This document shows, one piece after another, positions 10,795 through 21,305 of a stretch of 64,000 nt of DNA (within the stretch, counting starts at the first letter, position 1; each line of letters begins with the position of its first letter). This DNA comes from Candidatus Peribacteria bacterium (GTDB lineage Bacteria; Patescibacteriota; Gracilibacteria; Peribacterales; Peribacteraceae). The translations under genes and the position numbers were made by a program. The stretch spans positions 1-64,000 of the forward strand of contig JBEPVF010000006.1 in assembly GCA_041691135.1 (NCBI GenBank), read 5' to 3'. The notes under the pieces are model-generated. The model did not search any database. It had not been told where the DNA came from and saw only the letters and a list, made by a program, of their open reading frames with translations.

Positions 10795-12273
10795 ATGTCT
10801 ACCGCTACCGCGCTCTCGCCAGAGGTTCTCGCCAAATATCAGCCCGTCATCGGGCTGGAGGTCCACGTTCAGCTCCTGACCGCCTCCAAGGCCTTCTGCG
10901 GCTGCGTCAATCAATATGGTGGCGAACCGAACACGCACGTCTGCCCCACCTGCCTGGGCCTGCCAGGAGCTCTGCCCGTGCTCAATCGCAGGGCGGTGGA
11001 GTTCGCTGTGCTCGCGGCCCGGGCGATCAACTGCGAGATCCGCGAGACCAGCGTCTTCTCGCGCAAAAACTACTTCTACCCCGACTCCCCCAAGGGCTAT
11101 CAGATCTCTCAGTTCGACAAGCCCATCGCGGAGAATGGCTGGCTCGATGTTCCCGACGCCAGCGGCGCGTCGAAGCGCATCGGCATCACCCGCCTGCACA
11201 TGGAAGAGGATGCGGGCAAGAGCGTGCACGACGGTTTCGCCGACTCCGTATCGAGAACCTACATCGACCTCAACCGCTGCGGCACGCCTCTGATCGAGAT
11301 CGTCAGCGAGCCCGATCTGCGCACCGCCGACGAGGTCTTCGAGTACCTCACCAAGCTGAAAGAGATCCTGCTCTACACCGGCGTCAGCGACTGCAACATG
11401 GAAGAAGGTTCTCTCCGCTGCGACGCCAACGTAAGCGTCATGCTTAAAGGCGCGAAAGAGTACGGTACCAAGGCCGAGGTCAAAAATGTCAATAGTTTTA
11501 GATACATCCGCGCTGCGGTCGAGTACGAGATCGAGCGCCAGATCGGCGTCATCGAAGAAGGTGGACGCGTCGTGCAGGAGTCGCGCCTGTGGAACAACGC
11601 CGAGGGCCGGACATTTTCCATGCGGAGCAAGGAGCAGGCACACGACTACCGCTACTTCCCCGAACCCGATCTTCCCCCGTTGGTCGTAGGCGCAGAGTGG
11701 CAGTCGGAGATTCTTGCAAACTTGCCCGAACTACCCGAGGCTCGTCGCGCCCGCATGATCGCCGAGTACGAGATCAGCGAACAGGACGCCGCAACCCTGA
11801 CCGCAACGCGCTCCTTCGCCGATAGCTTCGAGTCTGCCGCCAAGCAGGCGAAGAGCCCCAAGCGCGTAGCCGCCTTGCTGACCAGCGAGCTGACTATGCG
11901 CCTGCGTCTCGCCAACCTCGAACTCGATCAGTCCCCGGTATCGATGGCAGGAATCGTCATGGCCGCCGACCTCGCCGAGTCGGGCGATCTTTCGAGCAAG
12001 ATGCTCAAGCAGCTCTTCGACACCTGCTTCGAAAAGAACGAAGACTTCCCCGCAGTCTACGAGCGCGAGAAGCCGCAGCAGATCTCCGACGCCTCGGCCA
12101 TCGAGAAGATGATCGACGAAGTCATCGCCGCAAACCCCAAACAGGTCGAACAGTATCGCGGCGGCAAGAAGACGGTCTCCGCCTTCTTCGTTGGCCAGGT
12201 CATGCGCCTCTCCAAGGGACAGGCCAACCCCGCGCTGCTCAACGAACTGGTAGTAAAAAAACTCGACGGTTAA
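10795..12273 (+). CDS. gatB: Asp-tRNA(Asn)/Glu-tRNA(Gln) amidotransferase subunit B
   Basis: IGLEVHVQL, RKNYFYPD, HMEEDAGK, EEGSLRCDANVS and YRYFPEPDL. Confidence 0.97.
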   Translation: MSTATALSPEVLAKYQPVIGLEVHVQLLTASKAFCGCVNQYGGEPNTHVCPTCLGLPGALPVLNRRAVEFAVLAARAINCEIRETSVFSRKNYFYPDSPKGYQISQFDKPIAENGWLDVPDASGASKRIGITRLHMEEDAGKSVHDGFADSVSRTYIDLNRCGTPLIEIVSEPDLRTADEVFEYLTKLKEILLYTGVSDCNMEEGSLRCDANVSVMLKGAKEYGTKAEVKNVNSFRYIRAAVEYEIERQIGVIEEGGRVVQESRLWNNAEGRTFSMRSKEQAHDYRYFPEPDLPPLVVGAEWQSEILANLPELPEARRARMIAEYEISEQDAATLTATRSFADSFESAAKQAKSPKRVAALLTSELTMRLRLANLELDQSPVSMAGIVMAADLAESGDLSSKMLKQLFDTCFEKNEDFPAVYEREKPQQISDASAIEKMIDEVIAANPKQVEQYRGGKKTVSAFFVGQVMRLSKGQANPALLNELVVKKLDG

Positions 12274-12355
12274 GCCATTAGTAGCCACCTCGCATTGAGA
12301 ACTCCGTAGAGCATCCGTAGCCCCATGTAATCCAGACTGGAGTACCCCAAGGGCA

Positions 12356-12403
12356 CGTCATCTCGACCGGAGCGCAGCGCAGTGGAGAGACCCCTGTATT
12401 TCG
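12356..12403 (+). repeat. REP family A copy
   Basis: Same conserved ends. Confidence 0.9.
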
Positions 12404-12479
12404 TCTTTGTCTTTCTATTCCCGCTTCCCGCTTGACACCCGTCCATCAATTGGCTAAACAGGTGTGAGAAAAAGCGGCT

Positions 12480-13394
12480 ATGGCAAACATGTTGGGATGC
12501 AGAGGAAGTTCAGCTCGCAAGCTGTTACTGATTACTTCTGGATGGATGGCTGTTGCCACGCCAGTTACATTCGCGCAGGCAGCGGCGACTCCTCATGTGG
12601 AACCTGCTGCAACTGTAAGTAAGCCGTATGTCCCGACACTGACATTTGATGTGGCGTCGATCCGGCAGACTCCGGTCGCAGATTCTTATCTGATTGGCGG
12701 TTTTTTCTCGCCTCATTCCAGCTCTTTCCGTGCGACAAGCTTCAACGATATGAATCTGGTTGCCACGGCGTATGACATCCGGTGGGATCAGATATCGGGC
12801 ATGCCGGACTCGAGAGCCATGTTCGATATTCAGGCAAAGTCAGACAGCATTGCCGATGAACGCCTGGCCGGGTTGAGTAAAGATCAGAAACTACTCGAAC
12901 AGCAACATATGCTCCAAACAATGCTTGCGGACCGCTTTAAGCTGAAGGTCCACTGGGAGACGCGAGAAGGTCCGGCCTACGATCTGCTGGTGTCGAAGAA
13001 TGGATCGAAGATGCGTGAGGCAAAAAGCGAGCCGCGAAGCCCCGAGGACATCAAGACATGGGGAGACAACCCCATACCCCCTCTCTACCAGCGAGGCGAT
13101 AGCCACGTCGGCTTTGATTACGTTGCTCATGGATGTTCGATGAGCGATATCGTTCAGATGCTCGCCGCACAGTTTGGCCATCCCGTCGTCGATAAGACTG
13201 GCCTTACCGGTAAATATGACTTCATCCTCCGATATCACGGCGCGCTGTTGAGCGATAGGAAGGCCGATGATCTGGACCCCATCCCGACGCTCGATACAGC
13301 GATTCAGGACCAGTTGGGGCTGAAACTGAAGCCCACGAAGGCCCCGGAAAAGATTCTCGTGATCGATCACATCGAAAAACCTTCGGATAATTAG
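12480..13394 (+). CDS. TIGR03435-type Acidobacteria-expanded protein
   Basis: FDVASIR, LADRFKLKVH, VVDKTGLTGKYDF, QDQLGLKL and LVIDHIEKPSDN signatures. Confidence 0.88.
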   Translation: MANMLGCRGSSARKLLLITSGWMAVATPVTFAQAAATPHVEPAATVSKPYVPTLTFDVASIRQTPVADSYLIGGFFSPHSSSFRATSFNDMNLVATAYDIRWDQISGMPDSRAMFDIQAKSDSIADERLAGLSKDQKLLEQQHMLQTMLADRFKLKVHWETREGPAYDLLVSKNGSKMREAKSEPRSPEDIKTWGDNPIPPLYQRGDSHVGFDYVAHGCSMSDIVQMLAAQFGHPVVDKTGLTGKYDFILRYHGALLSDRKADDLDPIPTLDTAIQDQLGLKLKPTKAPEKILVIDHIEKPSDN

Positions 13395-13426
13395 TGGGTG
13401 GAAATTTTCTGAGGTCTAATAAGCCA

Positions 13427-14947
13427 ATGCCTATTCGCTGGCCGCAAAACTTCGGCTGCATCTCCTGTGCCATCGTGCTCGCCGCTTTGATCGGTTGCAA
13501 AAGCGATGCGCCCTACGTCGTACCGGAGGAGCCGATGCCCGCCAATACCGTAATGCTGTCCCAGATGATGCGCGAGCTTTCAGCCACGCCCGGATTCACC
13601 GAAGCCATCCTCGCCGAGCTGGACAAAAGCGGAAAGCAGGGCCCAGCCCTGATGACGCCCGCGCTGATGCATCGTCTGCGCCAGTTGATACTAGGCAAAG
13701 ACTGGCAGGGGCTCGACCGCTTTCCCGGATGGACCATGCACGAGATCAATCCCACCGTGCGCGTCGCCGGACGGGTCGCCGGAAAAAATCAGGCGCTCGA
13801 AGATCTCTCAGCCGTCCACCCCGGCGCCCCCCAGGGCAGCATGTCGACCGCGCAGGCAAAGCAGTTCATCGACCTCGGCCCTTACACGCTCGACCACGCC
13901 GAGACCGTCAATCTGGATAAGCCCTCGCACTTGCCCGGCTTCAGCACTGAAGGCATCGTCAGCGAGCTTGGCCGTGGCGTCGTTCGCGGCGACGATGCCA
14001 ATCTCAGGCTCGCTCCACTTCACTCTGAGAGCCAGCGCATCGCCGATGTGCTCAACCGCCTCAGCCTGAACGCGCTCGACGGCGCACCCAAAGCGACGGC
14101 AGAGCTTGGCGGAAAGAAGGCCACCACCCCCGAGGCGCTGATGCAAACGCTGATGGACTCAGGCCACACGGTCGTCGTCTGGGACGCCCGCTACTTCGCC
14201 AACTTCGGCCACTTCCACTACCAGGGCCACGATGTGATGATGCCCTTCTGGGTCAGTTCGCAGATTAAAATTCCCGGCACGAATCGCACCCTGCTCGTCC
14301 CCGTCAGCCACGCCGAGTACGAGTGGGAGATTCGCGGGCCAAAGATTAATGCCGACGTCAGCTGGTACTTCGGCATCGACGGCAAGGCCGAGTTCCGCAC
14401 CATGGATACGCTCGACCAGCCCTGGGTACTCGGCCATCACGCGCACGAATATCGCAACGCCGACGCCCTCGAAGTAACTCGCCTCGTAGGCGCGATGTCG
14501 GTCGCCTACATGCATCAGCATCAGGCGCGGCCAACGCTGCCCTTCGGCGGCTACTACGCTCTCGGCGTCTGCCAGGACAGCGTTGCCGCCATCGAAAAGA
14601 AGATGACAGGCCATGCAACGCTCTTCCCAAACACCGCGGATGGCGCACTCTTCGACGATCCCCGCGACGCCGAAATCAACGCCCTCATCGAAGCCATTCC
14701 GAAAGACCGCAACGGAAAACCGCCCGAGCCGGAGCGAATCTTCGGCTCTCTGCCAACCGGTAATTTAAATGCGATCACCATCCCCGGCCTCACCGCCGAC
14801 CTCGTGACCGTGCAGACCGCATGGCACGACGGCTCGCTCGAGCGCACGCAATCGTGGACGCGAAAGATGCTGGGCAGACTGCTCGGCATCTCCGCAGCGG
14901 CGATGCTGTTGGGAATCATCGTGGTCAGACGCAGGCGAGCGCGATAG
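13427..14947 (+). CDS. Hypothetical lipoprotein with C-terminal TM anchor and basic tail
   Basis: Long ORF with host-like codon usage; lipobox LIGC; C-terminus LLGISAAAMLLGIIVVRRRRAR. Confidence 0.75.
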   Translation: MPIRWPQNFGCISCAIVLAALIGCKSDAPYVVPEEPMPANTVMLSQMMRELSATPGFTEAILAELDKSGKQGPALMTPALMHRLRQLILGKDWQGLDRFPGWTMHEINPTVRVAGRVAGKNQALEDLSAVHPGAPQGSMSTAQAKQFIDLGPYTLDHAETVNLDKPSHLPGFSTEGIVSELGRGVVRGDDANLRLAPLHSESQRIADVLNRLSLNALDGAPKATAELGGKKATTPEALMQTLMDSGHTVVVWDARYFANFGHFHYQGHDVMMPFWVSSQIKIPGTNRTLLVPVSHAEYEWEIRGPKINADVSWYFGIDGKAEFRTMDTLDQPWVLGHHAHEYRNADALEVTRLVGAMSVAYMHQHQARPTLPFGGYYALGVCQDSVAAIEKKMTGHATLFPNTADGALFDDPRDAEINALIEAIPKDRNGKPPEPERIFGSLPTGNLNAITIPGLTADLVTVQTAWHDGSLERTQSWTRKMLGRLLGISAAAMLLGIIVVRRRRAR

Positions 14948-15023
14948 CAAACTCGCAAGGCCGCATGCGCACGATGCAACTCATCCGAGCGATTCGAGAC
15001 TCCTAAAGACAGGGAGAACTCTT

Positions 15024-15356
15024 ATGGCGACCAAAAAGGCAACCAAGAAGTCTGCGAAAAAATCAGCAACAAAGAAATCAGCAACGAAAAAAGCAGCCAG
15101 CAAGAAGAGCACAACCAAAAAGGCTGCAACAAAGAAGACCGCCAGTAAAAAGACAGCCGCGAAGAAGAGCAGCGCAGACCGCAAGTATGGAAAGGCCGCG
15201 GGCAAGAGCGTCGAACGCGAGATGAAGGCGATGAAGCAGGGCAAGTTGAAGAGCGGTGGCAGCGGCAAGAAGGTCACCAGCCGCAAGCAAGCCATCGCCA
15301 TCGGCTTATCTGAAGCACGCAAGTCCGGCGCAAAGGTCCCAAAGAAAAACAGCTAG
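15024..15356 (+). CDS. Lys/Ala-rich histone H1-like protein with DUF6496-like C-terminus
   Basis: Repeated (S/A)ATKK; C-terminal KLKSGGSGKKVTSRKQAIAIGLSEAR; SD GGAG. Confidence 0.85.
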   Translation: MATKKATKKSAKKSATKKSATKKAASKKSTTKKAATKKTASKKTAAKKSSADRKYGKAAGKSVEREMKAMKQGKLKSGGSGKKVTSRKQAIAIGLSEARKSGAKVPKKNS

Positions 15357-15388
15357 GGAACCTCTGATTAAGCCGTCCTTTTGTTTAA

Positions 15389-15448
15389 GGGCACTGCTTC
15401 AGCCGTGCCGTAAGTCTAATAAAATCAATAGGGCTTTAGCCCATGAGG
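15389..15448 (-). repeat. Palindromic repeat family C
   Basis: Minus strand CCTCATGGGCTAAAGCCC...GGCACGGCTGAAGCAGTGCCC. Confidence 0.7.
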
Positions 15449-15520
15449 AACGTCTGTCGGAATAAATCAGAGCATCCCCAGCGCAAATTCCGTGATGGGG
15501 CAGAGCAAACTCATCTGGTC

Positions 15521-15601
15521 AGCGCCAACGGCGCAATCGATACCAGCCTGGGGCAAAGCCCCAGGTCTACGGGCCAGCGCAAAATGAGGGCTGAAAGCCC
15601 G
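15521..15601 (+). repeat. Palindromic repeat family B
   Basis: AGCGCCAACGGCGC...TACCAGCCTGGGGCAAAGCCCCAGG...AGGGCTGAAAGCCCG. Confidence 0.8.
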
Positions 15602-15656
15602 GCCTATCTCACGCCACCACGCCTATATCTTGGCGGGAATACGCGCTATCTCCCCG

Positions 15657-15971
15657 TTATTTTTTGTCCGAGCTGGCGGCGGCCGCCGGAGCAGCAGCAG
15701 CCACGGGCGCAGCCGTTGCCGCAGGCGCAGCAGCCGCGGTCGTGCTGGAGTCGGTGCTCTTGCTCTCGGTCCCAGACGAGGCCTTCGGCTTCGCGTTGCC
15801 ATAGCCGTCCGCGTACCATCCGCCGCCCTTGAAGCTGATGGCAGGCGCGGAGACCACGCGCTCGAGATGTCCGTTGCAGAACGGGCATATGGTGATCTCA
15901 GGGTCGGAAAACTTCTGTATTTTCTCGGTGCGGCGATGGCAGGCAGTGCATTCGTATTCGTAGAGCGGCAT
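15657..15971 (-). CDS. FmdB family zinc-ribbon protein
   Basis: MPLYEYECTAC...CPFC...FKGGGWY. Confidence 0.92.
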   Translation of the reverse strand: MPLYEYECTACHRRTEKIQKFSDPEITICPFCNGHLERVVSAPAISFKGGGWYADGYGNAKPKASSGTESKSTDSSTTAAAAPAATAAPVAAAAPAAAASSDKK

Positions 15972-16037
15972 TGCGGAGTCGTTTCCTATCTGTCCAGGTA
16001 CAGCTCTATTTTATAGCCTCTGGCAAGGGCGCTCGCG

Positions 16038-17642
16038 CTACAGGTGGGAATCGCTGCTCCGCTTGCGCCACACCGCCTTCACCTTAGCCCGCCACCGCTC
16101 ATCGAGCGCCACCAGCGTCCACTCCACGCGAGGCGACAGATAACGCAGCACCACCTCGGTCGCCGGATGCACCCGCAGCGCGGGAGCCACCAGATAAAGC
16201 TTCGGGGCCTCCGCCGACAATCGCACGCCACCAAAGTATCCATGCCGCTGAAACTCGCCCAGCCCAGTCATCGGATCGGGATTCTGCAGATGATGCCAGC
16301 GCACGCGAATCCAGTAGTCCAATCCCTGCAAGGCGAGGTGCAAATCCTCATCGGCTTTCAGCTCAATCACGGCGAGCCTGCCATCATCGGTTACGCCCAG
16401 CAGATCGAGCATGCCGCGATCCGCCGCCGCGAACGCCGGAACCTGCGTATAAACATGCGCTGCGTTCAGGTGCGCATCCAACGGCTCGACATCGCGCCGC
16501 AGAACGCTCTCCAGCCAGCGCTCCGGCTGCATTCGGTACAGCGGATCGCGGCGGTCTCCACCCACCGCGCGCCGCGCAAACAGCCGCGCCACCAGCTCCC
16601 TCAACTCCGCCTCGTTCTCGTCCGTCAGCGGAGTCTCGTTCGCGCCTGCGCCAAACGTAATCTCTTCGGCGCGGTTGAAGGAGCTGCCCGCATAGCCCGT
16701 GCGAATCCGCGCAAACTCCAACCCGTGCAGCAGAAATGCCATCTCGGTTCCGCTGCGAATCTTCTGCTCGACGGCTTCGCGCATCGGCTCCGGCACCAGC
16801 GACCTCACCCGCGCAGCCGACTCGCTGAACCGCTCCCGCGCAGCGTCCACGTTCGGCGCATGCATCAAGCGTGTGGTCAGATTGCCGTGGTCTGCGGCAT
16901 CCTTTTGCTCCAATTCTTCGGATGCCTGGTCCAGCTCCCACAACTCCCATTGGGCCGCATCGGCATTCAGCCAGGCCAGCCGCGACAAGGTTAGTAAAGA
17001 TGTTCCACGTGGAACAAAAATCTTCAATCCATGGTACAATCTCCGACCGTTCCCCGACTCGCGACAATGCTGTAGCCATAAAATGCCCAACGTCAGGATT
17101 CCATCGACGGTCGCCTGCGTCTCCTCTTCATTGACGGCGACGACGGCCCAGGCCTTCTGCCCCTGCAGCAGCGATCCCCGCGCATACGCTGGTCCAAAGC
17201 TCTTCTCTAAATCCATGGCGGTGCGAAACCCATCCGGCTTCCATCCGTCGAAGTTCCGTTCGAGCACACGCTCCAGCACACGCAGATATTTCACTCGCGT
17301 CGCCTCGCGCGTCGAAGGGGTACGCCGATCCTTGTCGGCGGCAAGCTCCAGCGTCTGCGGCTTGGTCTGTCCAAAGCGATGCGTGCTCAGCCGCAGCACG
17401 CCGTTGCGCAGCACCGTTCCGCTCACCCGCCGGACGAGATTGCGCTCCTCGCCCCAGAGATGCAGCGTGCATCGCCCATGCTCGGTTGCCAGCGAATATT
17501 TCGCCTCGCGCATGTCGAAGAGCACCTTGCCGTCTTCGAGCACGACTGCCTTCGGATGTTCGGCAAGAAACCCTTCGAGCGTGGCGGCAATCTGTTCTAC
17601 CGTTTGCTCGGGCTCCGCGATTGCCGTGCGCGACGATCTCAT
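16038..17642 (-). CDS. Uncharacterised protein with C-terminal PD-(D/E)xK (NucS/RecB-like) nuclease domain
   Basis: ERWLE...LDLLGVTDDGRLAVIELK...LQGLDYW; start set at MRSS, just after the upstream gene. Confidence 0.72.
   Translation of the reverse strand: MRSSRTAIAEPEQTVEQIAATLEGFLAEHPKAVVLEDGKVLFDMREAKYSLATEHGRCTLHLWGEERNLVRRVSGTVLRNGVLRLSTHRFGQTKPQTLELAADKDRRTPSTREATRVKYLRVLERVLERNFDGWKPDGFRTAMDLEKSFGPAYARGSLLQGQKAWAVVAVNEEETQATVDGILTLGILWLQHCRESGNGRRLYHGLKIFVPRGTSLLTLSRLAWLNADAAQWELWELDQASEELEQKDAADHGNLTTRLMHAPNVDAARERFSESAARVRSLVPEPMREAVEQKIRSGTEMAFLLHGLEFARIRTGYAGSSFNRAEEITFGAGANETPLTDENEAELRELVARLFARRAVGGDRRDPLYRMQPERWLESVLRRDVEPLDAHLNAAHVYTQVPAFAAADRGMLDLLGVTDDGRLAVIELKADEDLHLALQGLDYWIRVRWHHLQNPDPMTGLGEFQRHGYFGGVRLSAEAPKLYLVAPALRVHPATEVVLRYLSPRVEWTLVALDERWRAKVKAVWRKRSSDSHL
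17001..17016. other. parS centromere-like site
   Basis: Perfect palindrome TGTTCCACGTGGAACA, matching the bacterial parS consensus TGTT(T/C)CACGTG(A/G)AACA. Confidence 0.85.
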
Positions 17643-17650
17643 GCCGCCAT

Positions 17651-18178
17651 CTACCACTCTTCCTTTGCGCGCAGGTGAGTGATGTGCGCGACATGATGCA
17701 TCGAGTGCCATGCATAGATCAGCGTCATCAGGTCCAGCGTCATCGGCCCGTTCTCGGGATGATGGAAGCCGCGCTGCCACTGCTCCTCGCTCAGCGATTG
17801 CAGCAGCATCACCCAGCGCGCATGCAGGCTCTCCACCAGCTCCAGCGACCACTCCACCGGGGCCGCCGCGTCGCGCAGCCGCGCCCACGCCTGTTCGTCA
17901 TAGGTTTTGATGGTCGGCCAGTCCTCGGTCAGCGCCAGCCGCATACGAATGAACGCATTCATGTGGCTGTCGGCCATGTGGTGCACCACCTGCCGCACCG
18001 TCCATCCGCCTTCGCGGTAGGGTGTGCTCAGTTGCGCGGTATCCAGGCCTTCGACGGCGTTGCGCAACATCTCGGGCAGCTCTGCCAGCGTCGAAATCGC
18101 TCGAGCCCGGTCATCGGGCGTGATGATCGCAGGCCTCGCAAATTTGCCAATGGGGTATCGCGGATCATGTTCGGACAT
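17651..18178 (-). CDS. YfiT/BstA-type DinB-family thiol S-transferase
   Basis: DPRYPIGKF, YREGGWTVRQVVHHMADSH and YAWHSMHHVAHI. Confidence 0.92.
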   Translation of the reverse strand: MSEHDPRYPIGKFARPAIITPDDRARAISTLAELPEMLRNAVEGLDTAQLSTPYREGGWTVRQVVHHMADSHMNAFIRMRLALTEDWPTIKTYDEQAWARLRDAAAPVEWSLELVESLHARWVMLLQSLSEEQWQRGFHHPENGPMTLDLMTLIYAWHSMHHVAHITHLRAKEEW

Positions 18179-18266
18179 GCGTCGCTCCTCGAAAATTGAT
18201 TGAATTGCAAGGTAGCATATGCCCCCGTATCCTCAGTTAAGGCTTTTTCAACGTCTTACTTTCTAC

Positions 18267-19127
18267 ATGCGTCTTCTGATAACGAGTTTTGCCCTCTTCG
18301 TCTTCGCTGCCTCTGCCAGCGCGCAACCGCCTTCGGTCTCTCATCGCCAACGGTCTGGCGCCGCGCACGCCTATCTCGGCTTCGACCTCAACAACTACCC
18401 CGGCGATCAGGCGCTCCCCGCTTTGCGGCAGCACTTTTCCTTTGCCGGATACTGGCTCAACACTCCTCCTGGCGCACAGCGGAATGGCTGGCAGGGCAAA
18501 CGCGACCTCCTCCTTCGCAACGGTTTTGGGTTTCTTGTGCTCTTCAACGGCAGGCTCGATGACGAGATCACGAAGGCGCAGAAGTCTGGCACTCCTCCCG
18601 CTGTCCTCGGCAAGAGTGACGCTGCTGCCGCGCTCGCAGCCGCGCATCGCGAACACTTCCCGCAAAACACCATCCTCTTTCTCGATCAGGAACAGGGCGG
18701 ACGTCTTCTGCCGGAGCAGGTAGGCTATCTCTTTGCATGGACGGAGGTTGTGGCCAGTTCGGGCTATCGTCCCGGGGTGTATGGTAGCGGTCAGCCTGTT
18801 AATGAAGGGCATGGCCATACCATCACCACTGCTGAGGACATTCGCAGTCACGTCGCCGCCGAGCATCTGCATGAGATCGCGCTGTGGGTGGCGCAGGACT
18901 CGTGTCCGCCGTCGAACGGCTGTGTTTTGAATGCTTTACCTGTCGCCGCCAGCGGAACTCCTGATGCCGTGGCGTGGCAATATGCGCAGTCTCCGCGGCG
19001 CAAGTCCAGCACGGCGGCCTGTGCTAGCACCTACGCCCGAGATGGAAACTGCGAGGTTCCCGGGGTTCCTGATCTCGCCATCGATCTGAATGCGGCAGGC
19101 TCGCCTGACCCGTCCCACGGTCGATGA
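18267..19127 (+). CDS. DUF1906/Rv2525c-like (GH25-related) secreted glycoside hydrolase
   Basis: Signal peptide; GFD, LFLDQE, GYRPGVYGS, WQY and DLN motifs. Confidence 0.75.
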   Translation: MRLLITSFALFVFAASASAQPPSVSHRQRSGAAHAYLGFDLNNYPGDQALPALRQHFSFAGYWLNTPPGAQRNGWQGKRDLLLRNGFGFLVLFNGRLDDEITKAQKSGTPPAVLGKSDAAAALAAAHREHFPQNTILFLDQEQGGRLLPEQVGYLFAWTEVVASSGYRPGVYGSGQPVNEGHGHTITTAEDIRSHVAAEHLHEIALWVAQDSCPPSNGCVLNALPVAASGTPDAVAWQYAQSPRRKSSTAACASTYARDGNCEVPGVPDLAIDLNAAGSPDPSHGR

Positions 19128-19216
19128 AACCTCCTTGAGGCTGGTTTACCGGTTACATTGAATCGAACGTAACCGTTTAGAGGGGGTTTTACTGGTTACC
19201 CGCTGGCCTCCGTCGT

Positions 19217-19245
19217 TTGCCGCCCTTCCCCCGGAGGCCTACAAT
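19217..19245 (+). promoter_or_regulatory. Sigma70-like promoter of tldD
   Basis: TTGCCG-N17-TACAAT, 8 nt before the ATG. Confidence 0.55.
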
Positions 19246-19253
19246 GGAATAAG

Positions 19254-20696
<1,443 letters not shown>

Positions 20697-20780
20697 GCCG
20701 GATAAATTTTGATTTGATTTTTTAGATCTCATGGAATCGAACCCATGCGCACAGCACCAGGCAACACATCGAGGTGAACC

Positions 20781-21089
20781 ATGGCAGTCGAACGCGAAAA
20801 ATTTTATGAGTGTGAAGTGAAGCGTCGTCGCGTAAAGGCCACCGGTGGCTATGAGCCGTTCTGGAAGGTCAAGATGATTGCCGACGCTCTCGTCGATAAC
20901 GATACGGAGTTTCGCTGCAAGAGCTGCGGCGGTCCGCTCAAGGTCTTCCGCCGCAATGTCGAGAATGCGCCGCCGCCGCACGTCGAGCACAAGCTGAAGA
21001 GCGACTCGGAGTATTGCGCGGCAGGAATGCATTTTTTGAAGGCGACGGATGGTCGCGAGGCTCGTCCTTCGCAGGCTCCGGTTCAGTAA
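20781..21089 (+). CDS. Small hypothetical protein, probable Zn finger (CxxC...H...C)
   Basis: SD GAGGTG; FRCKSCGG...PHVEH...EYC. Confidence 0.75.
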   Translation: MAVEREKFYECEVKRRRVKATGGYEPFWKVKMIADALVDNDTEFRCKSCGGPLKVFRRNVENAPPPHVEHKLKSDSEYCAAGMHFLKATDGREARPSQAPVQ

Positions 21090-21126
21090 GAAATTTCAGG
21101 GGAACGTCCGTGACGGGGAGATGGAT

Positions 21127-21207
21127 CGGGCTTTCAGCCCTCGGCGCTGCTCCTCCAACATCCCTGGGGTTTTGCCCCAGGCTGGTATAGGGCGCGCCGT
21201 TGGCGCT
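21127..21207 (-). repeat. Palindromic repeat family B
   Basis: Reverse-complement match to 15521-15601. Confidence 0.8.
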
Positions 21208-21305
21208 ATCGCTGTCGAAGCACTAGCCTGACAAAACCGGGCGACCCATGTTCGGAACTGCGGAGATGAGTTTCCCGGTACCACGAAAGCTAAAGGAATC
21301 GAACA

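Noticed and set aside
17643-17888. N-terminal extension of the 616-aa ORF
   Set aside because: It overlaps the YfiT gene in another frame; ATG 17642 just after the YfiT stop is more plausible.
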